Source: Octopus vulgaris (Eukaryota). From it: a DNA stretch of 64,000 nucleotides. The notes beneath the pieces were generated by a model. The model saw only the letters and a list, made by a program, of their open reading frames with translations. It did no database searches and was not told the DNA's origin. Location: positions 54,746,001 to 54,810,000 of the forward strand of contig OX597822.1 of assembly GCA_951406725.2 (NCBI GenBank). Direction: 5' to 3'. The position numbers were made by a program, and so were the translations under genes. This document shows, piece by piece, positions 27,501 to 41,879 of the stretch; the stretch's first letter is position 1, and each line of letters starts with the position of its first letter.

Positions 27501-28817
27501 AAGAGGGAGGTTGTCATGTTCATTTTTTAGGCATGCTTCATCTGTTCTCACTTCCGACCTGACATCATTCAAACATTTAAGTGTATTAGGAGTAAGACTG
27601 TAGCCCCTACTGGAGGTAGGATTAGGTGTTAGTGGTGTTGTGAGTATACGCCATTATGGTCATCATAAGAGGTGGTGGTGATTTCAGAGAGAGAGAGAGA
27701 GGAAGCAAGTTCATCCATATATAGACACAAGCACACACATACACACGGACACAGGGGAACAAGTGCACACATACAGCCCAATAGCTGTTTCCTTCACTTG
27801 ATATGTGCATGGAAAAAATTACTGGGAAGTTGTTGGAATATTTCTAGATGGGATGAAACGGAATGAAGGATAAGTCAGTTAAGTAGGTGGGCAGCTGACT
27901 TAGTTGCGTTTTTTCGGAGAGAGAGTGGGGGTGCAGGTAGTATAGAGAACAGCACCAGCGAGGAAGGGAGATTGAGAGAAGGGACATTTGGTAATGGTGG
28001 TGAGAGAGCGCAAGACAGAACAAAACGAAAGATAGCTGGGCAGCTGAGTTAGTTGCATACGTCCCAGGAGAGAGAGAGAGAGAGAGAGAGAGAAGGTGAG
28101 TGCAGGTAATATATAGAGAACAGCCCAGTGAGGAGGAGCTGTGGAGAGAAGAGACATCAGGCAACAGTGGTGGGATGAGAGAGATCCAGTGTAGATGGTG
28201 AGAAGATAAAGATCGGGATAAAGATTGAGATATCCAGTATTGGGGGTGGGGTGGGACAGGGTGGGCGCACTGCGAACAAGCGAGTTTAATTTGGGAAGAT
28301 GGTACGAGGAATGAACGAAAGAAGCAGGAGTGTTTAGCATAGAATACATTCATAATGTTCATGGCGGATGAGAAATTAAACTAGAGAAATGAGGAATTAG
28401 AAATTATTATCCTAATTTAATCAGTTAGCTTCTGAGAAAAATTAGCCGTAATAAACAGTACATTTAAACAGTAAACAATACATTTAAGGTGTTAATGGCG
28501 AATGAATATATGAAAGATCAAGGCTTTGGTTGGTCCAAGGCTATACAAGAAGAGACTTGCACAAGATGCCTTACAGTGGAATTGAACTCAAGACCACATG
28601 GTTTGGAAGCAAGCTTCCTAATCGTTCAGCATACCAGCACTTATATATAGCAGGTGTGTGTTGGTGTGGTTTTGTGGTGAAAAGTTTGTTTTCTAACCAC
28701 ATGGCTCCAGGTTTAGTCTGGCTGTGTGACACATTTGGCAAGTGCTGTTTTGCTATAGCTCTGGGCCAACAAAAGTCTTATAAGTGGATTTGGTAGACAG
28801 AAACTGAAAGAAGCTTG

Positions 28818-28858
<41 letters not shown>

Positions 28859-29729
28859 TAGATAGATAGATAGATAGATAATCCTAATAAGCAACAGGAT
28901 ATCAAGAGGTGATGCAGTATGACTGTTTCAAGCGGTTCCATTTAATTGAACAATGCAATCATTACATCAATTTAAATGCAGGGCTATCCTCAGCTGCATA
29001 AATAAATAGGATTTTTAATCAGATGGACACATAATTTTACTCAAATTCTCTAAAAGAGCAAGAAGAGGAAAAAGAGTCCCTGTTGCTACTAATGTGGGTA
29101 AGAATATACTACACTTCTAAGAACTGTATGAAGTTTAAGGTCATATCTTGTAAAGGATTGTAGTTCATTTCAAATTTATTAGTCTTTTTTTATCAACTAC
29201 CAAATCTAAGGCTAGAGGACAGTGTCTGTTTAGAATGGGGGGCAGGAGTGAGTTGACAGTTTATAGTTGGGTATGGTCATAAATATTATCAGGATTTTAG
29301 GATTTGTATAAGTAATTGTCTATAAAGAAGGTTGAGTAGGGAGAGACCCTAAATCAAGATGTTAATTACCAGTTAAAGGGACAAGACACTAATAAAACCT
29401 TTGATGTTAACACAGAGGAAATTATCATGGGGTACAATATATGATTGCATATAAACAATATTGTTATGTTGTATAAAGATAAAATAAGATTACTAAAAAT
29501 GATATAACCAGAATAGATGGAAAGTAAAGTGGACCTTGGTAGAATTTGAACTTAGAATGTAAAGACAGATGAAATGCCGCTTGGCGTTTTGCCCAGAATA
29601 CTAACAATATTGCCAGCTCACCGCCTTTTCATTATGTTATTTCATAGTAAATATCACATCCATTAAGTGTCTGTTTAAAGTTTCCTCTTGAGTTATTATT
29701 CAGTGTCATTGAAACTTGTGTGCACCACT

Positions 29730-30245
29730 TCCATCTTCACCACCACCACCATGCTCACAACCATCAGTAGTTGCATCACCGTAGTATCAGTACCATCACC
29801 ACTATCACATCTGTCACCTACAGCAGCATCACCACTAACCACTTCTACCATCACTGACACGACCACCACTGGCTGCCATGACCACCACCACCACTACTAC
29901 TATCACTACCACCACTACAACAATCACTACCACCACTACTACTATCTCCTCCAATATCACCATTGCTGATGTCATTATTTAATACAGCTACTCCTACCAC
30001 TACCACCACAACCACTACAGCTGTCACCATTGCCATCACCACCACCACAACTACTGCCATCACCACTGCAAACACTGCCATCACCACTACCACTGTCACC
30101 AGCACCACCACTACCACTGTCACCAACACCACCTTCACCACTGCCACCATCACCTCCAAAACCACTGCTGTCTTCACCACTATCATTGCTACCACTGTCT
30201 GTAACATCACCAACAAAACCATCTCCGCCATCACCCTCACTACTC
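29730..30245. repeat. Degenerate (CAC/CAT/TAC)n trinucleotide low-complexity tract (similar tracts at 1345-1705, 16120-16445, 17810-17960, 62885-63200)
   Basis: Visible directly; generates poly-T/H/V pseudo-ORFs. Confidence 0.9.
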
Positions 30246-33200
30246 CCTGTGGCACTAATAAGCATAAAACCCTGTTTGTTAGCTATAATCCAAGGAATCA
30301 ATTTGCTAAGAAGCAACAGGTGGGAGGGTGGATTGGCTGCAGTTGTTGCCGTCTCTCACTCGCAGTCTCTATATGTTTCTGTCTCAACAAAGACTCTATT
30401 ATTAACTCCAGGAATGCCAGGTGTCTTTAAGCAAGATTAAGATGGAATTAACCCGCATTTATTTGCTAGCAACATGTCACATGCAAATCCAAAGATACAG
30501 TCTTCAGTGATATGTCCATGCCGATAAATTACCCTATCATAGCAAGGGAAGAGCGAGGTGTGGTGTGAGGGTTGGCAAGAGGTGTGTTGGTGTAGTTTCA
30601 GGGAGTGGTAGTAGTGATGTGTGTTTCCACCTCTTTCTCTCTTTCTCTATTATGGTCATGCCATCTGCATCCTAAACAATTGTGCAATGGTAAAAAATAG
30701 CAAGGCATCAGACTTGCATTACTTTAGCTTCATCTCTCTATGTTCTTGAGTTCAATAACCTCTGTGAGTGATTCACCTGACTACACCCATCTCCTACATA
30801 GAAATCTTTATGAAGGTGTATCCAGTTGTAATGCTTTTAATTCAAGAATTTGTGTTCAAATTTCGATTTTACTAAAGCTCACAATCTATGTAACTTCATT
30901 ATTATCATCATTTAATGTCCATTTCCCATGCTGGAATAGGTTGGACAGTTTGACAGAAGCTGGAAAGGTTAGGAGCCACACCAGGTTCCATAGTCTACTT
31001 TGGTTTGGTTTCTATGGCTAGATGCCCTTCCTAATGCCAACCACTTTACAGAGTGTACTGTGTGTTTTTTATGTATCACTAGCACCAATGCTTTTTATGT
31101 GGCACTAACACCAGTGCTTCTTACATTGCACGGATCTTTGGCTTCACTTTTTGAAATTTTCTAATTAAGTGAAAATTTTCAAATTAAGTATAATTTTGCA
31201 TGCTGAATCTTAGCATAAAATAATTTTCTGTTGCATTTTTTATAATCTTCTTTTATTTTCATTTCTTTTACTGGTTCCAGACACTGGACAGCACAGGCTG
31301 GAGTACTGCTTTTAAGTGTTTTAGTTGATCATATTGGTTCCAGTATTGCACTTCAGTACATATTGTGTCAAAGCACAGTCATACTTTCTGGACGCAACAT
31401 AAGCCCCAAACATCAATTTGTTTTGTTTTGTTTTTTTTTGTATTTATTCTTTCATTTACATCAATAAACATGGTCAGAGGCACATATATTGCATGCACAT
31501 ATTTATACATGCATACATATGGTCTTTTATTCTTCAATTTGTTTGTCATTTGACTGTGGCAATGCTGAAGGATTTTAGTTGAACAAATTGACCTCAGAAC
31601 TTATTTCTTGAGCCTAATACTTATTCTATCGGTCCTATTATATTTGCCAAAGGTGAAGTAAAGTGAAATTGAACCCAAAACTATGTTGTTTCAAAGCAAA
31701 TTTCTTAACTACATAGTTATACTGGTGCCGATAAATTTTTAAATCAAATTATCATTATGTAATTTCATATTAAATATCTCACCCATTAAGTATCTCCTTA
31801 AGTTTCCTCTTGAGTTTTGTGTCATTGAAAACTGTTTGCATACACTTTTGTAGTAAGCAGCCTCTTAAACAATGGTTGAGCCATGTTTCTGTAATGCTAG
31901 CATGTTTACGGCTGGCTTTCATTCAGTTTTTCTCTTTATCATTCTAAAACCATGCCTCTACCTCACCACAGTATTATCTTAGCCCCCAAATATTCACTCA
32001 GTGGAATATTTGAAAATTTAAGTTTCTAAACTATTCCATTTCAGTTGGTAGATGCAAAGTCAAACCATTTTAGGTTTACCCTTAGACTTGAGTGGGGTGA
32101 AATACTGAAGGGTGTTGTGTAATACTTGTAATGCTAATGTGTATGCCAGCATTGGATTGGTAGAAATGTTAGAGCATCCAACAAACAGCTGTGAGATTTT
32201 GTTACTGCTCTTTACACTCTGTGTTCAAATATTCCTATGGTCACCTTTGTTTTCCATCCGTCCAGGGTCAGTAAAATAAAGTACTAATTAAGTACTGGGG
32301 TCAATTTAAATGACTATGACTCATTCTCCAAATTTTAAATCTTGTGTTTATGTTAATAAAGATTTTGTGATGTTCTCCAAAGTACAGCCAGCTGTCACTC
32401 ACAAGTAGACATAGACACCTTCTTGGCTCCCTCATCCTTGACTCAGTGAAACATCCAGGATAGGAAAGGTTGAAGGAGAGAGGTTTGCACCGACACTTAG
32501 GCAGTACTCATTACAGATAATTAGATTTGAGCAACATGAAATGAAGTGTCCTGTTCAAGGACACAACAGGCTACCCAGTCCAGGAATCAAACTCACATCC
32601 TTGAGTCAAACACCTTAACCACTAAGCCACACAGCTTCACAGTTTTTAATAGTAACTCATAAATAGTGACCCATGGCAAACAATTTTTTAGATATTTAGA
32701 TATTGCAAGGTTGTAGGCTAATCTGTTATGATTATTATGGGAATATTCAATGATGAGATATAATTGAAAGAAACATCTAGAGAAACCACTTGAATCTCTC
32801 CTAACACAAATGTCAATCTGTGTTTTATACATGAAACCTTAGGTTTTCATAATTTGTTCTTATCTCTGAGTGATTACAGCATAATGTAAGCATTTTCCAC
32901 CTACACATTAAATACGTCATTTGAAAAGAAAATTCTGTAGCATTATTTAGCATTTATTTATCTGAATATTAACTGATGGTAGTTTAAAATTTATTACTTC
33001 AGGTCTTTATAAATAATCATCAGCAGTATCTGGTTCCAACCAATTTAGAGAGGCTTCCTGCAGTGGCTTCTGCCTGTCAGCTATCTTAAATTCATTACTC
33101 GACGCAAATACAGATGATTTATGAAAGTATAAATTATATAAATTGAGAAGCTTTAAAACTGAACTGAAAACATTTAACAAATAGATTAATGACTGTATAG

Positions 33201-35070
33201 GTTGTCTGAACAAGGTTAGAAACCCAGTTCTAACTTAGATATTCAGGAAGGCGGATAATTTAGGAAATTTAATATGATACAATCCATTCTTTCTTTTATT
33301 GTGTCTTATTTTTTTTATCTTTTATCTTTAACTTATTTCAGTCATTGGACAGCAGTCATACTGGGGCACCATTTTCAAGGGTTCTAATTGAACAAATCCT
33401 CTCGAGTACTAATTTATTTTTTTAAGCCTGGTACTTATTCTTTCAGTCTCTTTGGCTGAACTGCTAAGTTTAGGGGATGTAAGCAAACCAACACCAGTTG
33501 CAAGTGGTGGTGGGGAACAAACGCAACGCAATGATACACTCGCATGTGTGCACAATGGACATCTTTGAGTTTCTGCCTACCAAATCAACTTACAAAGTCT
33601 GGAACTATAGTGGGAAAGTTGCTTGCCTAAGGTGCTGCACAGTGAGACTGAACCTAAGATCACATAGTTGGGTAGTAAGCTTCTTGGCCATGCTACGACG
33701 TCTGCACTGTTCATTATTGGTTATGTGTTTATTGCTTATAGCATGGTATTATACTAATGTTATTGTTGTTTAGCCATTGGTCAAGTTGAATTATGACCAA
33801 AGGTGTTGTAACCATAGGCATCTTGTCCACCTCACCATTTTTTAAATCATTGTATATGAAGGATTATATTATCAAATGTGTGGACTTCATTTTTAAAGAT
33901 AGTAAGGTGTTAACTGAGAAAACTTTTGTTACTATATCTAGCATAGATACTTGTTCTTCACAATTACTCTTGTATTCAGAAATGACATCTTTTTTCCCAG
34001 TCATTTTTCATTTTGGAGTTCTTCATTTCCTAAATCAAAATCAAGAAGAAAATGGGAAAATTTAAAATTAAAATTAAAATTTGATCAAAATTGAAGTTAA
34101 TTAAAGACAAAACAACAAAATAGAAAAGAAAATGAAAAATTTTGTTTAAATTTATATTTTGCAGTGTTTTTTTCCTGTGAGATATTCAGATGTATTTTTT
34201 TATATGCTTTGTGTTTTGATAAAATTCCAAAAGGAGAAAAATTCTAATTGAGAAGAAAAACAAAAGAAAGTGGAAACTGATTAAAAAACAACCTGAAAAT
34301 AATTAAATTTTGATATCCAACTGGACTGGAAGAGTTGTTAAAGTGTCAGATAGATTCTCTTGCTGTATTTCTTGTGACAGCACTTTAAATTCAAATCCTG
34401 CTAAGGACTAACTTGACTTTTTTTGGTGAGTGGTGGGGAGTGATAAAGTATCAATCCAGGATGATGGTTGCTGGAACTGTAACAACATTGAACTGAATGC
34501 CTTGTAGTATTTGATCCAGCTCTTTGCATTCTGAGTTCTAATCTTGCCATGGCTTAAACAATCCATCCCCTGGTTTAACGTCATTATCTGGCACTTTGAA
34601 TGCTTTTAGCATAGTCCTCTCTATGCTTTGAGAGTGATAAACACTGCTTTCTCTCCTGACTAAAATTATGTTACTAGTTATTATTGTTATTAGATTCTGA
34701 AAGGTGGTGAGCAAACAGAAACCATTAATATGCCAGGCAAAATGCTTGGCAGTGCTTCTTTTGACTTTTATATTATGTTCCAAGTTCAAATTCTACAGAG
34801 GTTGACTTTGTCTTTCATCCTTTTGGAGTCAATAAATTAAAATACCAGTTGAGCACTGGAGTTGATATAACCAACTTGCCTTATCTCCCAAAATTTCAGG
34901 CCTTGTACCTTTAACAGAAAGAATTATTACTAGGATCTGAAGAAGTCTTCAAGTGTGTTGTTCATTTAACTTCAGCTACAGTGAATAGCACTTCAAGGCT
35001 TGCAATGTATTCTTTGTATATTTTATCAAAGCTTATAAAAGGATGTAACCAACATACATCTCTATTTCAG

Positions 35071-35212
35071 ACAATCCCAGTTTAGCTCAAGCGTCAGTGA
35101 TTATCTCAAAGAACCCTCATTTGATAATTGGCAGTGGGATGAAGCTGAAATGATGCTTTTATTGCAGTCCATGTTCATTGAATTGGATATTCTTTCCAAA
35201 TTTGGCATTACG
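35071..35212 (+). CDS. PDE9A: PDE9-like exon (QSQFSSSVSDYLKEPSFDNWQWDEAEMMLLLQSMFIELDILSKFGIT)
   Basis: tttcag acceptor, GTAAAT donor; resembles human PDE9A [24 protein letters not shown]. Confidence 0.9.
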
Positions 35213-36219
35213 GTAAATATGGCTTTTATTTATTTTAGTTTCTAATTATAACTACTACAGAAATAACTTTATTTAATTGCGATGTATTAAAAACAAAAAA
35301 AAACTAACTTTAAAAATGAAACAGTTAGAACAAAAGAGAAAATTATATTAATTTTTTATACCAACCCATCCAAGACTCCCCCTTTTACCCAGATGCACCT
35401 GATATACCCTCATAGTGTATTATACCCTTTTACCCAGGTCTCTTTAACATTTTCAGCTTGTGACATACACCTCACAACACAAGCCCAACTGAAACACCCA
35501 TTTAGTAACATACTAGCCTTCACCCAGACCGAACTAGTGACATGCCTCCACCTCTACAGACCCACCCAAGATACCCAGCTAGTGACATATGCCTTCCACA
35601 CAGACACAGCCTAGACATTCAGCTAGTGACATATGTACCTCCACCCAAACCCTGCAAAGTCCTCCTCATTCTTCTTTCATTCTTTCATAGGAACCACTAT
35701 ACCTAATCCTTCCTATAGTTTCAGCCTTCTGGAATTTCCTTCACACTCATGTTTTTCTGTGCATGTCAACAATGTTCCAAATGACACCAACCATATATAT
35801 ATTGCCAATCTCACCACTCTGAAACAGATAGTGTAGATCAAGGCCTCTATCCCACTTTCCGTAGTAAACCATAGAAAACAAACTATCTTGGAGTTTATTT
35901 AACAATTAGTGTCAGTATACTTAATTTGGTAGGCCTTAAAAATCTAATTATAAATAATTATGTGCTGAAGAAAAGATAGCCATACCTGGATACTATTTTA
36001 ATCATTTCAGGAAGTATTGGGAGACAACTCTTGACTTATTTGCTGAAATTTTTGCTTTGTTGATGAGGTCTAATGAGCCTGAAACATAATTTAAATAATA
36101 TTAATTATAAAAGCTAATATACATGGTCAATCATACTTTACTTAATTGCTGATATATGTGCAAATTGTGTCTCTGGGTAATTAACCTCAGTGTTTAGTTA
36201 CATATCAAGTTTGTTTGAG

Positions 36220-36810
36220 ACACTGGCATTGTAGATAAAGGATTGAGAGTTTGTTCATTTCATTAATTCCTTTGACCCCCATGTGAAGCATAGGGCACTG
36301 ACAAGAGACCCCCATCTGCTTTGATCTTTGGTAATGAATTGCAGTTGTTTCCAGGTGTGGCTGCCAACCAGTGCTCCTTCTTTTGGCTTTCACAATGTTG
36401 ATTCATCTGCAGGACCAATCTCGTATGTTCTCTGTGTTTCAGTCGAAATGTAGAAAATTGATAGTGCATAGATTCTAATCCTATACCTACCACTCTCCTT
36501 TCTCCTTGAGACTGGTTATGACGGAGCGGAGTTTCAGAGTTCATGTTTCTGCCAAAATATTCTATGGATAACATAGTAGAGTTACTAAAATCTTACTCAT
36601 GTTTTAAACCAAGAGCTTTCAGTATTCTAATCAGCATAAGGTCATATGATCAGCTGAAGAATGAGCATTTTGCACATCGCAGTTGGTGCGGCTGCACAGT
36701 GTCTGTAGGTAAGACACTAAATAACCCAGTCCATGTAGTTATCAATAGGGAGGGCAAGGTGTCTAGTTTACTGTTCTAAGCAGCAATACTGGATCCAATC
36801 CTCACTATGT
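36220..36810 (-). mobile_element. Degenerate RTE-like LINE 3' fragment
   Basis: Reverse strand shows RIGSSIAA..LDTLPSL, RRVVGI..LES..HY and a C-terminal Q.W motif; heavily decayed. Confidence 0.45.
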
Positions 36811-38408
36811 TTATAGCTAGTTTGTTCTAGATGTAGTACTCAAAAGTTAAATGAAATGTTACTACTAGTTCAGATATGCTTGCTGTTATTCTCAAAACTT
36901 TAGTCTTCAATGATACCCCTAAACTAAAATGGCTTTGTGAGGGAAGGGGTGTCTCTCTTCTCCTTATATTCTAAGAAGGAAATATATTGTTGTTATATCT
37001 CTTTATTCTCTTTTACTTGTTTCAGTCATTTGACTGCGGCCATGCTTGAGCACCGCCTTTAGTCGAGCAAATCGACCCCAGGACTTATTCTTTGTAAGCC
37101 CAGTACTTATTCTATCGGTCTCTTTTGCCGAGCCGCTAAGTGACGGTGACATAAACACACCAGCATCGGTTGTCAAGCAATGCTAGGGGGACAAACAAAG
37201 ACACACAAACATACACATATGTATATATATATACATATATATGACAGGCTTCTTTCAGTTTCTGTCTACCAAATCCACTCGCAAGGCATTGGTCGGCCCG
37301 AGGCTATAGTAGAAGACACTTGCCCAACATGCCACGCAGTGGGACTGAACCCGGAACCATATGGTTGGTAAGCAAGCTACTTACTACACAGCCACTCATG
37401 CGCCTCTCATTTAGTTTTACTGAGTTAGTGAGTTCAAATTCCGTTCTGGCTAACTATAGCTCTGATATTTTTCCATTGATAGATAATAGAAATCTATTTG
37501 GGAGGGCATCTCTCTTTTGAGAAACCCATGCTATTGTTGCCAAAAAAATCACATATCTGAAACAGTGAAGCAGCAACTGCTACAATGATGCATGCATGCA
37601 TGTGTGCACACACAAACACACATACTCATTAGTCCTTTAATATATTGTAACTTCCCTCTGTCTCTATCATTGTTATAATGTTCCTTGTTTTACCAAAGTA
37701 GCTGACAGTCTAAACCTACCCCTATTTCCCTATTGAAGCCCATCCTGATTTATCTTCTCCTCGCATCCTCTCACTTTATTCCAATTTCCCTTCTCTGACA
37801 CTGCAAACCTTATAGTACTTCTTTTCTACCTTTGTTTCCCCTACATTGAAACTTGAATCCTAACATTCCCACCAATCTGGAATGGCCGGTAAACAGTTAA
37901 ATTAAAACCAAAATCTTCTATGATCATAAGTAGGGTTGACTTGGAAGCCAGTCACCTGCAGCATCATCAGAATAACCCTTTAAATGTTGAGTAAATGATG
38001 TACACTTACATTTTTGGTCAAGAACTCATGTTTTTCATTTATTATGAGAGGTTACCAAATTTTCTGTAACATAATTAAACTAGCTAAATATTAATTTTTG
38101 TTTCATTTAGTTTTTTTAATAACTTTCTGTTTTAAACTATTTCCCTTGCTTCTTCCCATCAATTTTCTCCTAACTCTTGTCGTTAGTCAAAGAAATTATA
38201 GAAACCTCGAGTTGATCACTCATCTTTTGAATTTCTTGAAGAACTCGCCCTTTTTTTTTTCATTTTAAAAATTGTTTTTCTGTATTATTATCCTTTTTTA
38301 AATTTCCTAAAATGTGTTAATGTAATGAATTTGTGATTGAAACATTTCTAATATTGAAATATTTCTAATAATAATGATGAAGGCTAATTAAGTCCCTCTT
38401 TCTTCCAG

Positions 38409-38504
38409 CTGAGTGCCCTGCAAACTTGGCTCTGTGAAGTCTACTTGCATTACTTTGATGTTCCATTCCACAATTTTAAACATTGTTTCATGGTGGCACA
38501 AATG
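38409..38504 (+). CDS. PDE9A: PDE9-like exon (LSALQTWLCEVYLHYFDVPFHNFKHCFMVAQM)
   Basis: ttccag acceptor, GTAAGT donor, 32 codons; PFHNFxHCFxVAQM is the first catalytic His motif of PDE9. Confidence 0.96.
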
Positions 38505-40689
38505 GTAAGTGTGTATAAACAGATGGTGATATTTAATGTTTCAGTATAGTGTTAGTGTGTTATATATTGACTGTACTGTACTGTATAGTATCTCTATGCG
38601 TAGTATATATGACATATAGTGCACACTTATGTATAATTTTCTTGAGGATTTTAATGTGTTAGAAATGGAATATCCAGGTGAAGGAAAGAGAATAGAATAA
38701 AATATATGAACTTAGTTCAAAAATATATTTGAACCCTTCCTATTGTTGTTCATCGCACATTAATATTCAATTCACATATTCCATATATTGTTATTGCTGC
38801 TGTTGCATCAATCTCCAGGTGCTTATTTCTTTGTTATTTCTTCTCTGTCCATAAACCTGGTTTTTATAGTTGTGCGTCAATATAAGAGACCTGAGAGATT
38901 CAAGACAGAGGTCACTCGAACAGATTTATATTTGGTCATGGTTTATGACAGTTTTATTCAATCTATTCCCTTTCTCTCACCTGAATATTCCATTTCTAAC
39001 ATTCTTTAATATTTTCAAGAGAACTATTTTACTAAAAGCAGCTGGCATAAATTTTATATGTATACCTTATTTCTTGACTGCTGTCATCGTTGACATGAAG
39101 TTATTCAAGAAAGTTCTTCCCAATGGCCCTGCAGAAGAATAATTTATTTACTGAAAATTCTTGTTTCACAAAAGGCAAGAACTGCTGAACTGGTTGGCTT
39201 CAATTTCTTTGTAGTTTAACCACTTCCCCTGTTCTATGTTCAAGGATGCAATTAATATATTAGAGATGAAATATTCTAAGAAGTCATCACCTACAAGAAA
39301 ATGTTACAAATTTAGATCAAGAAAACAAATAGGAGGATAAAGCATTGATTACTTTCATAAATTTTTCTGAAATTTCTCTCAAAGGAATACTACACTAGTC
39401 CCCTTATATCTGGCTAACATAGCAGTCTTCTCATCTCAGGTGCATTCATCTCAGGCACATAGTCATAAGCTATTAGATGACTCCTTCTTAAAAGTTATGA
39501 AGGCTCAACAGAAAATCTACTCTTATTTGATGGCAATGATAATGGAACTAGCAAAGGGCAATACTATATTATTGTACACTCACTCACAGGACCTTCTATA
39601 GTTCCAGTATTTAAGAAGAAACAGTGTCTTTGCTGTAGTAAAAGACCAACACTGTAGATGAAACATGTACCCTACAATGAACTCTGTATGCAACAAATAT
39701 AATAAAAATGAGCGCTGGGTTAATATTTGTCCTGCAAAACAAATTTTCACCATATCATAACCTAAATGTCACCTTTAAATGAATCACTGCTCTCACCTTT
39801 AACAACCAACTAAAATTGTTCACATTCCAAGAAAATTAAGAAAAAGACACCATGCTATTAAATACTCTTGCTTCAGTACCCAAAGTCATCCATCTCATAT
39901 ATGCTTCTACCACTGACTTAAAGGTCAAGGCATTAATTGACACAAACTCAGATAACATCTTCATTTGCAAAACACATTCTAAATGACAATATCTTATTCA
40001 ATAAAACTATTCATAAACCCATCACTCTTGTAAATGTATTAGAATTTCAAATTTGTGGGTCACTGGCACAATACTTGTTAACTAAATTTAACTCTTGACA
40101 AAATGCATAGGCTTCTCTCTTATTACAATTTCTTTGAGTACTTATTCACTGTGGAAAGGACTTGCCATCACAACACTCGCAAAAAGATATCAAACTGAGA
40201 GGTAAACTTACCTTGATAACCTTATGTATGGTACTGTCTATTGTATAGAGTAAACCTTATAAGTTATTTTCTGGAGTATTGCAACTCCGTCAAGATTCCC
40301 CTTAGACACAAGTCATTAGTGTTGGGATAGCTAGATGCTAAAGGATGAGTTAGCTAGGAAACTAGAAATGCTAGAAAAGCTCAACATTTTGTATAAAAGT
40401 ATGGCCAGAGGATCTAAAACTAAACTAGTAATAGACTTCTTTAACACAGTTAATATTTTTTTAATCAAGAAGAAATGGTAATGCCCAATATAATTCCTAT
40501 AACATCTTTCCTCAGTGATGTCTTAATTCACATTGGCAAACTGCTTTACATTTGGAACACTTCAGACCTCTGATCTCCCTTTCACAAAACTTTTGCAAAC
40601 CTCTTACTTTCTGCTGCTTCCCTTACTGAGTATACCTGACACAAAGATTCTCTTTTAGTTACTTGATATTGTTTTTTGCTTTCTGCTAT

Positions 40690-41105
40690 CCTTCATTCCT
40701 TAAATCTAGTCCATATCATAAAATTTTCAATAGACACATGGCTAAACTGGCCAACTCTACCTAATAAAGGGTAAAGACCCCCTTCAGTTATGCATGACCA
40801 CGGGATTGCACTTAGAAAGTTATCCTCTATGGCACAAGTCTGGGTAAGGTTATTTATGGAAGACCAACAGTTACCCATGCATATTAGCCTCCTCACCACT
40901 GATGTTATCCAAGGGAAAGGCAAAGGCCAATACAGCTTGGCACCAATGACGTTGCAACTCATTTCTACAGTTGAGTGAACTGATGCAACATGAAATAAAG
41001 TGTCTTACTCAAGAACACAACACACAGCCCAGTCCCGGAATCAAACTCACTACTACATGATTGTAAGCCCTGTGCTCTAACCACTGAGCCATGCACCTTC
41101 ACCTG
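40690..41105 (-). mobile_element. tRNA-derived SINE of a third family (related head at about 32500-32640)
   Basis: Minus strand head tggctcagtggttagagc..gtttgattcc, followed by gtgttcttgagtaagacacttt. Confidence 0.75.
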
Positions 41106-41329
41106 CCTAATACTGTTGAATATATATACCAGGATTTAGCTGTAGTACATTAATCAGTTTGGCTCATAATGCTACTGTAACTGACAGCACATCTAATATT
41201 GCAACTTCTAGTCACCTAAATAACTGCAATGCAATATCTACTGGAAATAATCAACATATTGATGTTCCTGATTCCGATAAACGTACTATTAATAATAGTG
41301 AAGCTGAACTCATCATATCCACTAATGAT

Positions 41330-41670
41330 CAAGGTAACTTTGCTCTGTGTAAAAAATCGCTGTGTCCCATTAATAACCAATGCCTTAGGAAAAATATATA
41401 AGTGCTCTGTCACTGCTCTTGGTAAAGAACATGTTTACATTAATGTTTCTTCTTCCTCATTTGAGTTTCACTGGAATAATCACAAATCTACATTTAGATA
41501 TATAAAAAAAGGCTAATAATACATTTCTTGCTAAATTTGTATATTCTCTCACTGATAACACTACTGAATTTAAAATTGCTTTGTGTATTTATATAATGCA
41601 CATCCATATAAAGGTGGCAGAGGCTGGTGGGGGCTCTGTGTATCTGAGGCATTCCATATTAATAAAATAA
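41330..41670 (+). mobile_element. Penelope-like element GIY-YIG endonuclease remnant
   Basis: Across frameshifts: CKKSLCPINNQCLRKNI / YKCSVT..HVYINVSSSSFEFHWNNHKSTFR / AHPYKGG..GLCVSEAFHI. This matches the PLE pattern CPL.G.C...VY.A.V....YIG.....FK.R..NHK.SF...C.LC..E..HI. Confidence 0.75.
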
Positions 41671-41828
41671 AATTGAATATTATTAGGTGCAGGTGTTGGC
41701 TGTGTGTTAAGAACTACATGGTTCTGGTTTCAGTCCCACTACATGGCACCTTGGGCATCTTCTATTATAGCATCAAGCTGACCAAAGCCTTGTGAATGGA
41801 TTTAGTAGACAGAAAGTGAAAGAAGCCC

Positions 41829-41879
<51 letters not shown>

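Noticed and set aside
29688-30440. Thr/Gly/Pro-rich ORFs (mucin-like)
   Set aside because: Degenerate trinucleotide repeat that is open in many frames on both strands, with no splice support.
35071-35080. Alternative acceptor cccag at 35080
   Set aside because: It would shift the frame relative to the phase-2 upstream exon.
36060-36090. Hammerhead-like TTGATGA-gg..cct-GAAAC
   Set aside because: C3 is mutated and stems I and III are not convincing; could be chance or a very old relic.
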